Positions 25,228 through 36,659 are shown, counted from the first letter of the stretch. The stretch is DNA of 64,000 nt from an uncultured virus (IMG/VR IMGVR_UViG_3300018878_000142) (IMGVR_UViG_3300018878_000142); one strand, 5' to 3'. Program-made: numbers and translations. Notes: generated by a model from the sequence alone, not told the origin.

Positions 25228-25614
25228 ATGTTTTCTATTAACGATAACCACACACTTTTAGAAATGGCCTTAGTTGGAACAACTAGTGATAATATTGAAA
25301 TACGAGTGTATGGAAAAGAAGGAAACATTCCACATTTTCACTTTGATCATATACAATCTAAACGAAAGGGTTGTATAAGAATCGATGTTGCAGAATATTT
25401 TGATTATGGTGATAAATATAAAGATAGATTAACTAATAAAGAAATAAAAAATTTAATCTTATGGTTAAAATCTGATAAAACAGTTTTCAAAAAATTTGGT
25501 AGCAATATAACTATTTACGATTATATTAAAATATTATGGGATGATAATAATCCGAATTATCCCTTGAAAGAAGATTATAAAATTCCTGATTATGAGCAGT
25601 TGAAAAATTTTTAA
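25228..25614 (+). CDS. PHFH-motif (DUF4160-like) protein
   Basis: IRVYGKEGNIPHFHF. Confidence 0.45.
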   Translation: MFSINDNHTLLEMALVGTTSDNIEIRVYGKEGNIPHFHFDHIQSKRKGCIRIDVAEYFDYGDKYKDRLTNKEIKNLILWLKSDKTVFKKFGSNITIYDYIKILWDDNNPNYPLKEDYKIPDYEQLKNF

Positions 25615-25631
25615 GAGAGGTATTAATTAAA

Positions 25632-26558
25632 ATGGCTAAGTGGGTCGGATATAAAAATGGAAATTATAATGTGCACATTGACCTTGAAACAGGTACAAAA
25701 GTTAGAGAAAATAATTTAGATTTTTTCGAATGTGATACTGTAGAAAGCATGGATGTTAAAATCACTAACTGCTGTGATGTTGGTTGCGCTATGTGCCATG
25801 AGAATAGTACACCTGATGGTAAGCATGCAGATATTTTGAGTCCATCTTTTTTAGATAAATTGCACCCTTATTGTGAGTTAGCTATCGGTGGTGGTAATCC
25901 TCTTGAACACCCTGATCTGCTTAAGTTTTTGGAAAAATGTAAAGAAAGAAAACATATTCCTTCTATGACTGTTAATCAGGTGCATTTTGAAAAGAATTTT
26001 GAGTATGTAAAGAATCTCTGCGAAAATAAGCTTATCTATGGCTTAGGTATTTCTTTGCAAAAAGTAACCGATTCTTTTATTGAAAAAGTAAAGCAAATTC
26101 CTACTGCTGTTATCCATGTTATAAATGGTATTGTAACAAAAGAGCAGCTCGAGGCTTTAGCTAACAATAACATTAAAGTTTTAGTTTTAGGTTATAAAGT
26201 ATTTAGACGTGGTGAGAAACTTTATGAAACTGCAAGCGAAAGCATTGAGAAAAAGAAGTCAATGCTCAAAGAACTTCTTCCTAACATTATTAAGGAAGGC
26301 TGGTTTAAGGTAATTAGCTTCGATAACCTTGCATTAAAGCAACTTGATGTTAGGTCTCATATGACCGAAGAGGAATGGAATCGTTTCTATATGGGTGCAG
26401 ATTCTGAAGAAGAGGATTATAATAATATGAGTGCAACTTTTTTTGTAGATTTAGTTGAAAGAAAATTTGCTATCAATAGTTGTTCAAATAACAGGTATGA
26501 TTTGAAAGATACTGCAGAAGAAATGCTTAAATTTTTATATGAAAAATTACATAAATAA
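25632..26558 (+). CDS. radical SAM protein
   Basis: CDVGCAMC (CxxxCxxC) followed by AIGGGNPL. Confidence 0.9.
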   Translation: MAKWVGYKNGNYNVHIDLETGTKVRENNLDFFECDTVESMDVKITNCCDVGCAMCHENSTPDGKHADILSPSFLDKLHPYCELAIGGGNPLEHPDLLKFLEKCKERKHIPSMTVNQVHFEKNFEYVKNLCENKLIYGLGISLQKVTDSFIEKVKQIPTAVIHVINGIVTKEQLEALANNNIKVLVLGYKVFRRGEKLYETASESIEKKKSMLKELLPNIIKEGWFKVISFDNLALKQLDVRSHMTEEEWNRFYMGADSEEEDYNNMSATFFVDLVERKFAINSCSNNRYDLKDTAEEMLKFLYEKLHK

Positions 26559-26604
26559 CATGCTAAATTAAGTAGTGCAACATTATTTAAGGGAAGAAGT
26601 AAAG

Positions 26605-27657
26605 ATGTTAAAGAAACTACTTGATGAAAATTTATTAGAGAGGAATGAATTCTATGATGCATATATTGATTTAATAGCTCAAAATAAAAATCAGAAGAGA
26701 ATAAAATATAAAACGGAATAGCATCATATAATTCCTAGATGTTATTTTAAAAGGCATCCATAGAAATTACCTGTGGATAATTCAAAAGAGAATTTAATTA
26801 ATTTATTACATAAAAATCATTTATTAGCACATTATTACCTAGCTAAATGTGCTACTGGTTGGTTAAAATTTTATCTTATTTAGGCATTTACTCAACTTCA
26901 GCAGCGTCTCAACAAAAATATAAGCTGTGACATATTTAATATAATGGATGATTATTAGGTCTTAATTGAAGAAGGCTTAAAACTTAAATCAACCTTATAT
27001 AAAGGCAGAAAATAGTCTGAAGAATCAAAAATTAAAAGAATAGCAACTAGGCTTGAACGTTACCCAGATGGTGTTAGAACTAATACAGGCAAAAAGAGAT
27101 TAATAAAAGATGGTATAAGAATTTTTGTTTTAAGGGACTAGGTAGAAAAATATCTGAAAGATGGTTGGAAATTTGATAGACAACCTAGATCAGAAGAAAC
27201 AAAACAAAAAATACGTGAAGCAAAAAGAGTTAATAAAAAGGTTGCGTGGAATAAGGGTTTGACAAAAGAAATAGATGCCAGAGTTGCTAAAAACGCAGAA
27301 TCAACATCGAGATCTATCTAGAGAATAAAGACTGAGAATCCAGATTTATGGAAAAAACATACCGATAATATAGGAAAACGTAAAAGAAACTGTGTTGTTG
27401 TTACAAATGGAATAGAAGATCGCATGATAAAGTTAGATTTACTAGATGAGTTTTTAGCTAATGGATATGTGAGAGGTAGAACATTTAAAAAGACTCCTGA
27501 GTAGAACAGAAAATCTGCTGAAAAGCGTAAAGGATTAAAGCCTGGAAATTTTGGTAAAATCTGTATATATAATACTACTACTGGACATAGAACGTATATA
27601 TTTGAAGAAGAATTACCTAAATATATTAATTTAGGTTATCATAAAGGAAAAAAGTAA
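26605..27657 (+). CDS. HNH homing endonuclease with NUMOD3-like repeats (8 in-frame TAG)
   Basis: 350 aa with TAG=Q: TEQHHIIPRC...DNSKENLINL..KNHLLAH; KGRKQSEESK, RSEETKQKIREA; absent from ORF track. Confidence 0.85.
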
Positions 27658-27658
27658 A

Positions 27659-27733
27659 AATAGCTGCAGCAACGATCGTTATGATCTAATGGATACTGCA
27701 GAAGAAATGCTTGCATTCTTAAAGAGTGCCTAA
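27659..27733 (+). pseudogene. displaced duplicate 3' end of the radical SAM gene
   Basis: NSCSNDRYDLMDTAEEMLAFLKSA* versus NSCSNNRYDLKDTAEEMLKFLYEKLHK* at 26475-26558. Confidence 0.85.
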
Positions 27734-27761
27734 TATTGATTACACACTTCTTTTATTTACA

Positions 27762-27833
27762 GACCTGGATTTGAAATTATTTTTCATTTCCAGGTCATTT
27801 TTAGTTGATCTTTTTCTCGATTTATTATATAAT
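27762..27833 (+). promoter_or_regulatory. terminator plus sigma70-like promoter
   Basis: GACCTGGA...TCCAGGTC hairpin + T tract; TTGATC (27805) -17bp- TATAAT (27828). Confidence 0.75.
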
Positions 27834-27869
27834 ATATGTGTAGAAAATAAATGGAGGTGATATGTAATT

Positions 27870-28133
27870 ATGAAAAAGCTTTTAGTAAGTATTATTGCGC
27901 TAACATCTGTGTTCGCATTTTCAGGTTGCAATGAAAGTTTGGGTATGGGTAATTATAGCTTCAAAAGAGCTCATATTTATCTCGGCGGAGAAAAAGGTGT
28001 TTGCGTAGAAGTAGAAAGCTGGCACGATAATGAGGTTGGTGTTGAGCTTAAATTAAAAGGTGGGCACAGTATCTATTGCAGCGAAGGTACATATATGCTG
28101 GTAGAAGATTATTGTCCTATTTGTGGTAAATAA
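27870..28133 (+). CDS. small lipoprotein
   Basis: MKK + hydrophobic stretch + FSGC lipobox-like motif. Confidence 0.6.
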   Translation: MKKLLVSIIALTSVFAFSGCNESLGMGNYSFKRAHIYLGGEKGVCVEVESWHDNEVGVELKLKGGHSIYCSEGTYMLVEDYCPICGK

Positions 28134-28191
28134 AAAAAAAATCCATAATTGTATAAAATAATAAAAATAAATCGGAGGTAATAATATTATT

Positions 28192-28800
28192 ATGGTAAAT
28201 GAAATGTTTAATGGTATGTTTGGTAAAGTAGGTAGCGGTATGTGCAAGCTCACGACGAGCGGTAGAATTGCGGTAAATTGCGGCGGTACATACAAATCTT
28301 ATAATCCGAAGAATGGTAAGCTCACTAACTGCGGTAATTTTGTCCTCCCTGTTGGTGATGATTTCTTCTTTGTAATTCCTACTAATAAGGTAGAAGTAGG
28401 TGATATTATTTTGGTAAATAAGAAACCTCGCTTTGTAAAGGAAGTAGGTAAGAATCAAATCACGGTTATCAATTACGAAAACTCTACAATTGAAACTATT
28501 CTTCCTGAAAGACATATGTTTATGGGTAACACGTACTTCTATGGTAAGATTGTATCTATGTTTGGTGATTCGCTTAAAGGTAAAGGCGGCGCAAATAACA
28601 TGATGAAGTACATGATGATGTCTGAAATGATGAAAGGTAATAATGGTATGAGCGGTATGGGTTCAATGCTTCCTTTCATGATGATGTCTGGCGGTAATTT
28701 CGAAAATATGTTCAGCGGAATTTTTGATGATGCATCTGATGATGAAGTGGAAGATGTTGAAGTTGTAGAAGAAGATCAGGCAGTGGAGGATGACGAATAA
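28192..28800 (+). CDS. Met-rich hypothetical protein, first gene of vWA-PurA-like cluster
   Basis: MMKYMMMSEMM; stop overlaps the vWA start. Confidence 0.7.
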   Translation: MVNEMFNGMFGKVGSGMCKLTTSGRIAVNCGGTYKSYNPKNGKLTNCGNFVLPVGDDFFFVIPTNKVEVGDIILVNKKPRFVKEVGKNQITVINYENSTIETILPERHMFMGNTYFYGKIVSMFGDSLKGKGGANNMMKYMMMSEMMKGNNGMSGMGSMLPFMMMSGGNFENMFSGIFDDASDDEVEDVEVVEEDQAVEDDE

Positions 28801-29687
28801 TGGGCGGCGGAAGTTGGACTACTCAAGCTTATTGTAATTATTCTGCGAGTAGAGGTAGGACAGTTTCTACGTCTTATGTTAATGGCGTAGCTACAGCTTC
28901 GCTTGCTAATTCTGCTTATTCTACTCAAGAATTTTATAAAGCAAGCAGACTTGATGAAGCGCTTAAGCCTCATAAAGTTATGAGAGAATGCTGTGATACA
29001 GAAGAGCATCCTGAAACTATTCCTGTTATTTTTGGTCTTGATGTAACAGGCTCAATGGGAAGCTCTCTCGAATTGGTTGCTAAAAAGCTCAATGAAATTA
29101 TGACTAGAATCTATCAAGAAGTAAAAGATGTTGAGTTTATGATTATGGGTATTGGTGATTTGTATTGCGATGATGCACCTATCCAAATCTCTCAATTTGA
29201 GTCAGATATTCGTATCGCTGAGCAACTTGAAAAGGTTTACTTCGAAAGAGGTGGTGGCGGTAATGGGTATGAGTCTTATACTGCAGCATGGTATATGGGC
29301 TCGAGACATTGTAAGCTCGATTGCTGGAAGCGTGGTAAGAAAGGTATTATTATCACTCTCGGCGACGAACCTCTCAATCCTTATCTTCCTAGAGAAGCTC
29401 TTAATAGAGCTACTGGTGATAGTGTAGAAGCAGATGTTGAAACTAAAGATCTTTATCCGGAAGTAACTGAAAAATTCGATGTTTATCATATTGTAGTAAC
29501 AGATGGTGGATCAAGCTATAGCTGGCATAAGCAAGGAATCAAAAATAGCTGGCCAGAATACCTTGATGAAGAACATCTCAAGTATGCTAAGATTGATAAT
29601 CTTGCTGAAATGGTTTCTGAGATTATTACTGGACATGCTAGTTCCGGTACGACTATTAATGGAGAACTTAATACAATTTCTTGGTAA
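28800..29687 (+). CDS. vWA domain protein
   Basis: MIDAS DVTGSMG, GIGD, GGGGNGYESY, TLGDE. Confidence 0.85.
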   Translation: MGGGSWTTQAYCNYSASRGRTVSTSYVNGVATASLANSAYSTQEFYKASRLDEALKPHKVMRECCDTEEHPETIPVIFGLDVTGSMGSSLELVAKKLNEIMTRIYQEVKDVEFMIMGIGDLYCDDAPIQISQFESDIRIAEQLEKVYFERGGGGNGYESYTAAWYMGSRHCKLDCWKRGKKGIIITLGDEPLNPYLPREALNRATGDSVEADVETKDLYPEVTEKFDVYHIVVTDGGSSYSWHKQGIKNSWPEYLDEEHLKYAKIDNLAEMVSEIITGHASSGTTINGELNTISW

Positions 29688-29693
29688 AAATAT

Positions 29694-30866
29694 ATGAAAT
29701 GTAAAATTGTTGTTGGTGCGAATTATGGTGATGAAGGTAAGGGCTTGGTAACACATGTCCTTACCTCACAATATAAAAAGCAAAATGAAAGGGTATTAAA
29801 CATCTTATACAACGGCGGTTGTCAACGTGGTCATACCGTCGAATACAAAAATGGTGCTAAACATGTTTTTAAGCATTTTGGTAGTGGTACATTAGATGGC
29901 GCAGACACATATTTCAATAAAGATTTTATATTAAATCCGACACAATTCATGACTGAGTACTCACAATTAGCTTCTTTAGATAAAGAATATTTTAACTCAG
30001 AAATGACTAAATGTTTCTGTCATAGAGATTGTAGAGTTTCTACCCCTTATGATGCACTTTTAAATCAGATGCTCGAACTTAATAGAGATGAAAGCAGACA
30101 TGGTTCGTGCGGTTGGGGTATTTTTGAAACTAGAAAAAGATATGAAAGCTCTGAGTATGACTGGTCGCTTTTAAAAATGCGTTGTTCTACTAACCAACAA
30201 CTTTTTATGTACCTAGAAAAAATTGCTAAAGAATATCTTCCAGAAAAGATTGAAGAGTATGGTATAAAAGATTCTGTAATTGAAAAATACAGAAACATTT
30301 GTATAAGCTCTGATTTAATTAACGCTTACATTTCTGATTTTAGAGCTATGTGTAAGTTAGTAGATATAATTTATTTTGGCGATTTAATTAAAAAATATGA
30401 CGCTGTTATTTATGAGGGTGGACAGGGTTTAGCTTTAAGCGAAACAAATATTAGCGATTTTCCATATTTAACACCTAGTAAAACTGGCTCAGAAGTACCT
30501 ATCGAAGAGATTAAACCTTACACAAATGATATCGAAGTTATTTATGTAAGCAGAACATATTTCACTAGACATGGTGCTGGTCCCTTAGCTTTTGAATGTA
30601 ATAAAGATAAGCTCAATCCAGAAATTGAAGATTTAACAAATTTTCCTAATGATTTTCAAAAATCACTGCGATTCGCTCCATTTGTAGATAAGGATCTCAT
30701 AGACAGAATCTTGAAAGATGGTTGTACATATAAAAGAAGCTTATATTTAACTCATAATAATTATATTAGACAGTCGGATACTATATTAGAAATCCTATCT
30801 GGTTATTTTAGTAAAATTATGTTGAGTTTCGATAAGTACGGGGTAATAAATGAGTGTTTTTCTTAA
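29694..30866 (+). CDS. adenylosuccinate synthetase-like protein
   Basis: GANYGDEGKG, GHT, HFGSG, HGSCGWGI, EGGQG, TPSKTG, TRHGAGP. Confidence 0.85.
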   Translation: MKCKIVVGANYGDEGKGLVTHVLTSQYKKQNERVLNILYNGGCQRGHTVEYKNGAKHVFKHFGSGTLDGADTYFNKDFILNPTQFMTEYSQLASLDKEYFNSEMTKCFCHRDCRVSTPYDALLNQMLELNRDESRHGSCGWGIFETRKRYESSEYDWSLLKMRCSTNQQLFMYLEKIAKEYLPEKIEEYGIKDSVIEKYRNICISSDLINAYISDFRAMCKLVDIIYFGDLIKKYDAVIYEGGQGLALSETNISDFPYLTPSKTGSEVPIEEIKPYTNDIEVIYVSRTYFTRHGAGPLAFECNKDKLNPEIEDLTNFPNDFQKSLRFAPFVDKDLIDRILKDGCTYKRSLYLTHNNYIRQSDTILEILSGYFSKIMLSFDKYGVINECFS

Positions 30867-31172
30867 ATCAGATTTAAATATAACTTATGTTTCACAAGAA
30901 TATTGTGATAATTTTGAAAAAGTTACTAAAGGTTTAGCTAATGCTATTGATTGCCCAGAATTAAAACCCAGTAAAAAGTTTCTAGAGAAATGCTTTAATT
31001 TATTGTTAGAGATGGATTCAGCTATTTTTGAAGCAGAATCTGTCATAAACAAACAGAGAGAAAAATTATCTGATTTCGATTGCTTAGATGAAGATGAAGA
31101 AGAGAATATCTGGGATGAAGATAATGAAGATTTTGAAGAATCAGACTTCGATATAGATGATGAGTATGAAGA

Positions 31173-31619
31173 ATGAAACGTAAACCTATCTCAAAAGAAG
31201 TGAGAGAGTTAGTTTATCACAAATTTGGAAAACACTGCGCTTACTGTGGGTGTTATCTAGAAAATATAAAAGACATGCAAGTAGATCATTTTGCACCTGT
31301 ATATTTGTTTGGAGATAATATTGATATAAAAAATTTATATCCAGCCTGCCGTAGCTGTAACAAATATAAAGATACTTTCACAATAGAAAAATTTAGAGAT
31401 CAATTAAGTAAAATTCCAGAAAGATTATCAAGAGATGTAACTACATACAACATCGCAAAAAGATATGGAATGATTCAAGAAACAAAAAAGCCTATCAAAT
31501 TTTTCTATGAAGAATACACTAGCGTATTAGACTTTGATGACCTCGCAAATAAAATATTAAATAAAAATATGGCTGATATAAAAACAGGTAATGAGGAAGA
31601 AGTCAGTGAAAAATTATAA
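31173..31619 (+). CDS. HNH endonuclease
   Basis: CAYCG...MQVDHFAP...NLYPACRSCN. Confidence 0.85.
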   Translation: MKRKPISKEVRELVYHKFGKHCAYCGCYLENIKDMQVDHFAPVYLFGDNIDIKNLYPACRSCNKYKDTFTIEKFRDQLSKIPERLSRDVTTYNIAKRYGMIQETKKPIKFFYEEYTSVLDFDDLANKILNKNMADIKTGNEEEVSEKL

Positions 31620-32252
31620 TTTAACAGACATAAAAACAATTTGTGAAAGAGCAGTAAGCGAAGGAAAATGTGGAAGTAATAGCTGTCCGATTCAAGAATT
31701 TTGTTATAAACATTTTAAAGATATTCCTAAAGATTGGGATAATATAGAAAAAATATCAGAGCCTGGAATATATAGTTGGTTTGTAGAAGAAGATGATGGA
31801 TATAATTATGGCGAAGCAGGTCATGCAGAAAATTTAGAAGAAGCATTCTATAAAGCAACAGAGTATAGTCCAAAACAAATAAAAACTATTACAATAAACA
31901 AACAAAATTAAAAGTAACATATTTGTTAATAAAAGATATTATTGTAAAGAAAACATATAGAGAATTGTAGGGAAACAACCTTAAAACAAAAATCTCTGAA
32001 AAAATAATCAAACAATTACGCTAAATTAAGTGAATTGGTCAAAAAATCCATTAATAAATTTTCCTGGTCTAGTCAAGTATCGGCTAGACCTTTTCTGTAT
32101 AAAAATGAGAACATAGAATAATTTAGTGAGAAAATATAGCTAAATTAAACGAACACAGACGTTTTCAATTATATATAAAATTAATGGGTGCGCAACATTA
32201 ATATAAAAATATAAGAAGAAAACAAATAAAAAATTTCAAGGAGTTACACAAA

Positions 32253-32715
32253 ATGGCAGGTAACAACGCAATTCAGTTCCTTAGAGGAACAACATCTGCA
32301 ATAAGCAGCAGCACAGCTACACTCCTCGAAGGCCAACCTCTATATGACTACGAAACAGGTTTGTTTTACGTAGGTAAGAAGGGGGGGGGCAGTTAATTAG
32401 ACAGCTCCCATAAAAGCCGGGAGTGTGAAAAACAGTCTTACAATTAAGACAAATGGAACAACAGCAGCTACTTTCGATGGTAGCTCAGCAGCAAGTGTGA
32501 ATATAACACCATCATCGATTGGTGCTGCTTCCTCATCACATTCTCACTCAAATTACGCTACTATTTCTTATGTTGACGAGAAACTCAGTAATGCTGAAAT
32601 GACTTGTGAATTTGATTTTTCTGGTAATACAATCACAATTACACCACCAGAACGAGCTACAGCTACAACTAGTTGGTCTATAAACAGTGATGGCAGATTG
32701 GTTATTGAGGTGTAA
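32253..32715 (+). CDS. fibre-like protein paralogous to 12626; out of frame at G9 tract, 1 in-frame TAG
   Basis: MAGNNAIQFLRG...GQPLYDYETGLFYVGKK-G9; +1 shift joins ORF 32425..32715 (LTIKTNGTTAATFDGSSAASVNI). Confidence 0.75.
32381..32389 (+). repeat. G9 homopolymer
   Basis: AAGAA-G9-CAGTT. Confidence 0.95.
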
Positions 32716-32717
32716 TT

Positions 32718-33890
32718 ATGGCGAATGTTATAATAGATGAAAAATATAGTATTTGCGGCACAGATGATGGGCATAGAGTTTTTGATTTAGTAGTAAATGA
32801 TCAACTAGTTAGAAGATTTCCTAGATTAGAGGGAGATTTTTTACATATGCCAGATGCGGATTATGTAATGGCTCAAGGAACATTTTTAGGAGAGGGTATG
32901 CCTCCAGCAGTCTTGGTATCCGAATATGAGTATGAGCAACCTAGTATTTATGATCCATTTTACTATATGATACATAGTATAAGATCTGATGCAGTAGATA
33001 TTCCTGTAAATCTTTAGAGACTTATAACTGATGCTGAAGCATTAAATACTCTAGCATCAAACTTAGAAAATAATAATCATAGATTAATATTTGTTTATAT
33101 TAACACTACTGATGAGCAATCTTTTATTGATTTGATTAAAAAATTTCATGATAAGTTTTCTGAGGAGTATTTTTTTATATTTATTAATCTAGAATTAATT
33201 TTATCTGGTTATCCTAACATACTTTCAAATTATTATAATATGTATGTTATTAGAAGTGGTTTATATGGTGTAATAGATGCTGCTAAAAGTTTAATTAACA
33301 ATATTAGTACTAATTCTGAAATGTCGAATATTTGTGTTATCGAATAGGGTAGTCGTTTAACAAATATTGATGGTACAGAAAAATTAAATTATTTAACTAT
33401 ATACTCAGAACTTTTAGATAGTCTCAATGTTGTATAGATATACAACTTTGCTGGAAGTGATTAGACATCATTATTAAATACTCTAGAGGTGTGTATTAAT
33501 GAGGCATCTAGTTATGGTACTGATACTATATTAATTTTACCAGATATTTATATATCAAATACTACTTTAAAACCATTAAAACCAGATCTCGAAGAGGCTG
33601 GTATAAATTTACTAATAATAAAGCCAAGTCAAGAAAGCTTAAATGCTGAAACTGATTAGTATTTTATTTGTAAGTATAATACTGAGAATGTAGGTTCTTT
33701 TTTGTACAATTTATTTTCTGCTTTTGAATCAGGTTCTATAGATGATGTTGATTGTTCTTTAAGGGATTTTACTAGAAATTTTTATTTTTATTAGCCAAGC
33801 GGTACTGATTATTATGAGGCTCTTGATTCAAATTTTCAACCTATGAGTTGGGCTGAGTGGCTTATAACGCCAAGTCCTCAGATATTATAA
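32718..33890 (+). CDS. hypothetical protein (6 in-frame TAG)
   Basis: ORFs 32718..33017 and 33132..33347 share a frame interrupted only by TAG until TAA 33888. Confidence 0.75.
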
Positions 33891-33902
33891 AATATAGAAT
33901 AA

Positions 33903-33980
33903 AAAACCTTACTTAAGAGAAATCTTTTGTAAGGTTTTCCTTTGTTAATAGTTGATCTTTTCTTTTAGGTATATTATAAT
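33903..33980 (+). promoter_or_regulatory. terminator plus sigma70-like promoter
   Basis: AAAACCTTAC...GTAAGGTTTT hairpin; TTGATC (33952) -17bp- TATAAT (33975). Confidence 0.75.
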
Positions 33981-34398
33981 ATAGATATAAAATAGAAGAG
34001 GTATTATTTTATGTCAATAAAAATTTATCAAACGCAATTTACTAAAAATATGTCTGATATTGATCTCATTTATAAGCAGCACATTTTAGCTGAGAATTTA
34101 GATCAGGCTAAAGAGTTATTTTGCAAGAAACTGTATCTTGAATCTTTTCCTGATAATATTTCTATTAAAGAAATTCCTTTCAATATCTCTTATATGCGGA
34201 CTTATTTTGGGGATGGTTGGAAGGATGAAATTAATTCTGAAACAGATACTCATACAGTAAGAAGAAATGTTATCCATGAGTGCGCTAATTGCGGACGTAA
34301 CTTTGTAACTATTAAGCAATCTGATTTTTGTCCTGATTGCGGTAGTTATCTTGCTTATGAGGTTATGGATCTGTAAAATAAAATTTATACAGAAAAAT

Positions 34399-34450
34399 AA
34401 AGATCAACTAGTTAATTTTAGTTGATCTTTTTTCATTTTTATTATATAAT
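34399..34450 (+). promoter_or_regulatory. terminator-overlapping sigma70-like promoter
   Basis: AAAGATCAACTA...TAGTTGATCTTT; TTGATC (34422) -17bp- TATAAT (34445). Confidence 0.8.
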
Positions 34451-34843
34451 TAATATATAGAATATATAAGTAGGTATTAGTTTATGGGACTAAAACTTTT
34501 TAAATGCTTTATTGAGGAAAATGGTTGGGGAACATATTATGAGCGCAATCCAGAAATTATTATCGCTCAAAATGCTGAAGAAGCCTTAACCTTATATCGA
34601 TCTAATAAGAATTTACGTAAAAATGCTAAGGGCTTGAAAATAAAAGAAGTACCATACAAAGTAGGTAAACGTATAAATAAACAAAAATTAGAAAGAGTAT
34701 TAGTGAAAGAAATTTATCCCATTAAGCAAGCTTATAAAACAACTAAAGAAGTTACACATTTTTATTGTAACTGTTGTATGAAAGAAGTGAACAGATATGA
34801 TAGCTTCTGTAAATGTTGTGGTACATATTTTCCAAATTAAGTC

Positions 34844-35302
34844 ATGAGAAAATTAGAAAACAAATTTATTCACTTTGGTGATACAAAATTTGATATTAAT
34901 AAGTGGGAAGATGTAATAGATACGCACTGGATTAAACCTATAGGTGGATTATGGGCTTCTAGAAAGCATGTTCCTTATGGATGGTTTCAATGGAATGCTT
35001 CTAACCACTACATGGATTGCTCTTCTTATAATTGTTTTGAATTTAGTCTTAAACCAGAAGCTAGAATACTTACTATAAAATCTATTGAGGATTTGGAAGC
35101 TTTACCTAAACATTAGCCTGAAAAATGCTTTCAATTGTTAAGAGTTTTTGAGACTGTTTATTTAGACTTTAACAAATTGAAAGAAGAATATGATGCTATC
35201 GAAGTATTTATTTCTTCCGACAGTCGATTATATCGAGCTTTATATGGTTGGGATTGTGATTCTATTTTAATTATGAATAAGGATGTGATTGAATATGTTT
35301 AA
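34844..35302 (+). CDS. phage hypothetical protein (1 in-frame TAG)
   Basis: KPIGGLWAS; continues past TAG 35114 to LYGWDCDSILIMNKD and TAA. Confidence 0.7.
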
Positions 35303-36659
35303 TCCAGGAAAATGGGAACAGAAGTGTGCAGAAAGGTGTCCTATTTCTGTAGATTCTGATTTAGAAAAAACAGCTCAGTTAGAAGTTGATAGAATAAAAT
35401 TTTTACAACAGTTTGAGAATAAAAGTACTTTTATGATTTCAGATGTTATTTATGCTGACGAGCTTTCTGATATTGGTAAAATAAATTTTAATGCTAATAG
35501 ATCTCAACCAGCATTGTTTTTCGAAGTACATACTTTTGATAATAAAATTAGATATAGGTCTGCTAACTCAGAAGAAGAATTATTTAAAAAGTATTCTAAC
35601 ATTAAAGCTCTCAGACAAATATCGAAAGAAAATTATGATACATTAAGAGCAAAAGCTGTGCGTACAAATGCTGATGATTTATAATGAGAGGTGTAATAGA
35701 TGACTGAAACAATAGATATTGTTAAAAATTATACTGAAGCTAAAGATGCTTATATAGATAATGTAAAAAGCTATATTGAAACTATCTTAGCTACAAATTT
35801 TTGTAAGCACGCTCAAGTATCAGTTAAGCCTAATTATATTACTGCAGAATTAGTAAACGCATATATTTATATTGATTTTGTGGATGATAATAATGAACAC
35901 ATTTTTGGTAGCGATATTAATATTCGGTACACAGAAAAACGACCTGTTGATTTTGAAAAATTAGAAATGACTGTTGAGATGGATTACTATGCTCACACTG
36001 TTTTTGATTATGATGCTCTTGAAATAGAAAGGTGTAGAGCTATTAGCGTATTAGCTACTTGCTTAAGCGTTATAAAGACTATTCTAGATAAAGAGCCTAA
36101 AGAAGATTTCATTAAAGCTAGTATTGCTTTAAATGAGTTTTATAAACAAAACAAACAAAAAGAAATAGATATGCTGAGGTCAAGTAATGGTAAAAGAAAT
36201 ACTGACTAATTTAAGAGATGATAAATCTGTTTACATACAATCTGCTAGCGGTTTATCTATTATCCAAATCGCTTATTTTAAGCCTGATAAATTTGATGAT
36301 GCTATTATCAATCTAAGATATTTTGGAAGTGTTAGTAAAGATAATTTCAAATATTCTGGTTTTAGATTTGACGTGAAAGGTTTTTATGAGTTTTATTCTC
36401 ATTTGCAAGATTTGCTTAATCCAGATAGTACGCAATTGATGTATACTAAGATTGATTCTAATGATGAGCGTATAAATCTCACTAGATCAGATAATGGGAT
36501 TTCTGTATATAAATATGTAAGTAAAACATTGCAGGAACGTAATGATCCTCTATGGGAATTTTATATTGATAGAGATGCAGCAAATGAGTTTATCGAACAT
36601 CTTCGCAATATGTTAGCGCTTATTGCTACACAGGTTGATATGAGTGAGGAAGTATAATT

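Noticed and set aside
26559..27658. Group I intron carrying the HNH gene
   Set aside because: Under 50 nt of non-coding flank leaves no room for a ribozyme core, and the host gene has its own in-frame stop
29694..30866. PurZ (diaminopurine genome pathway)
   Set aside because: Retains the PurA-type Asp in GDEGKG rather than the Ser typical of PurZ, and no dATPase/MazZ is visible nearby
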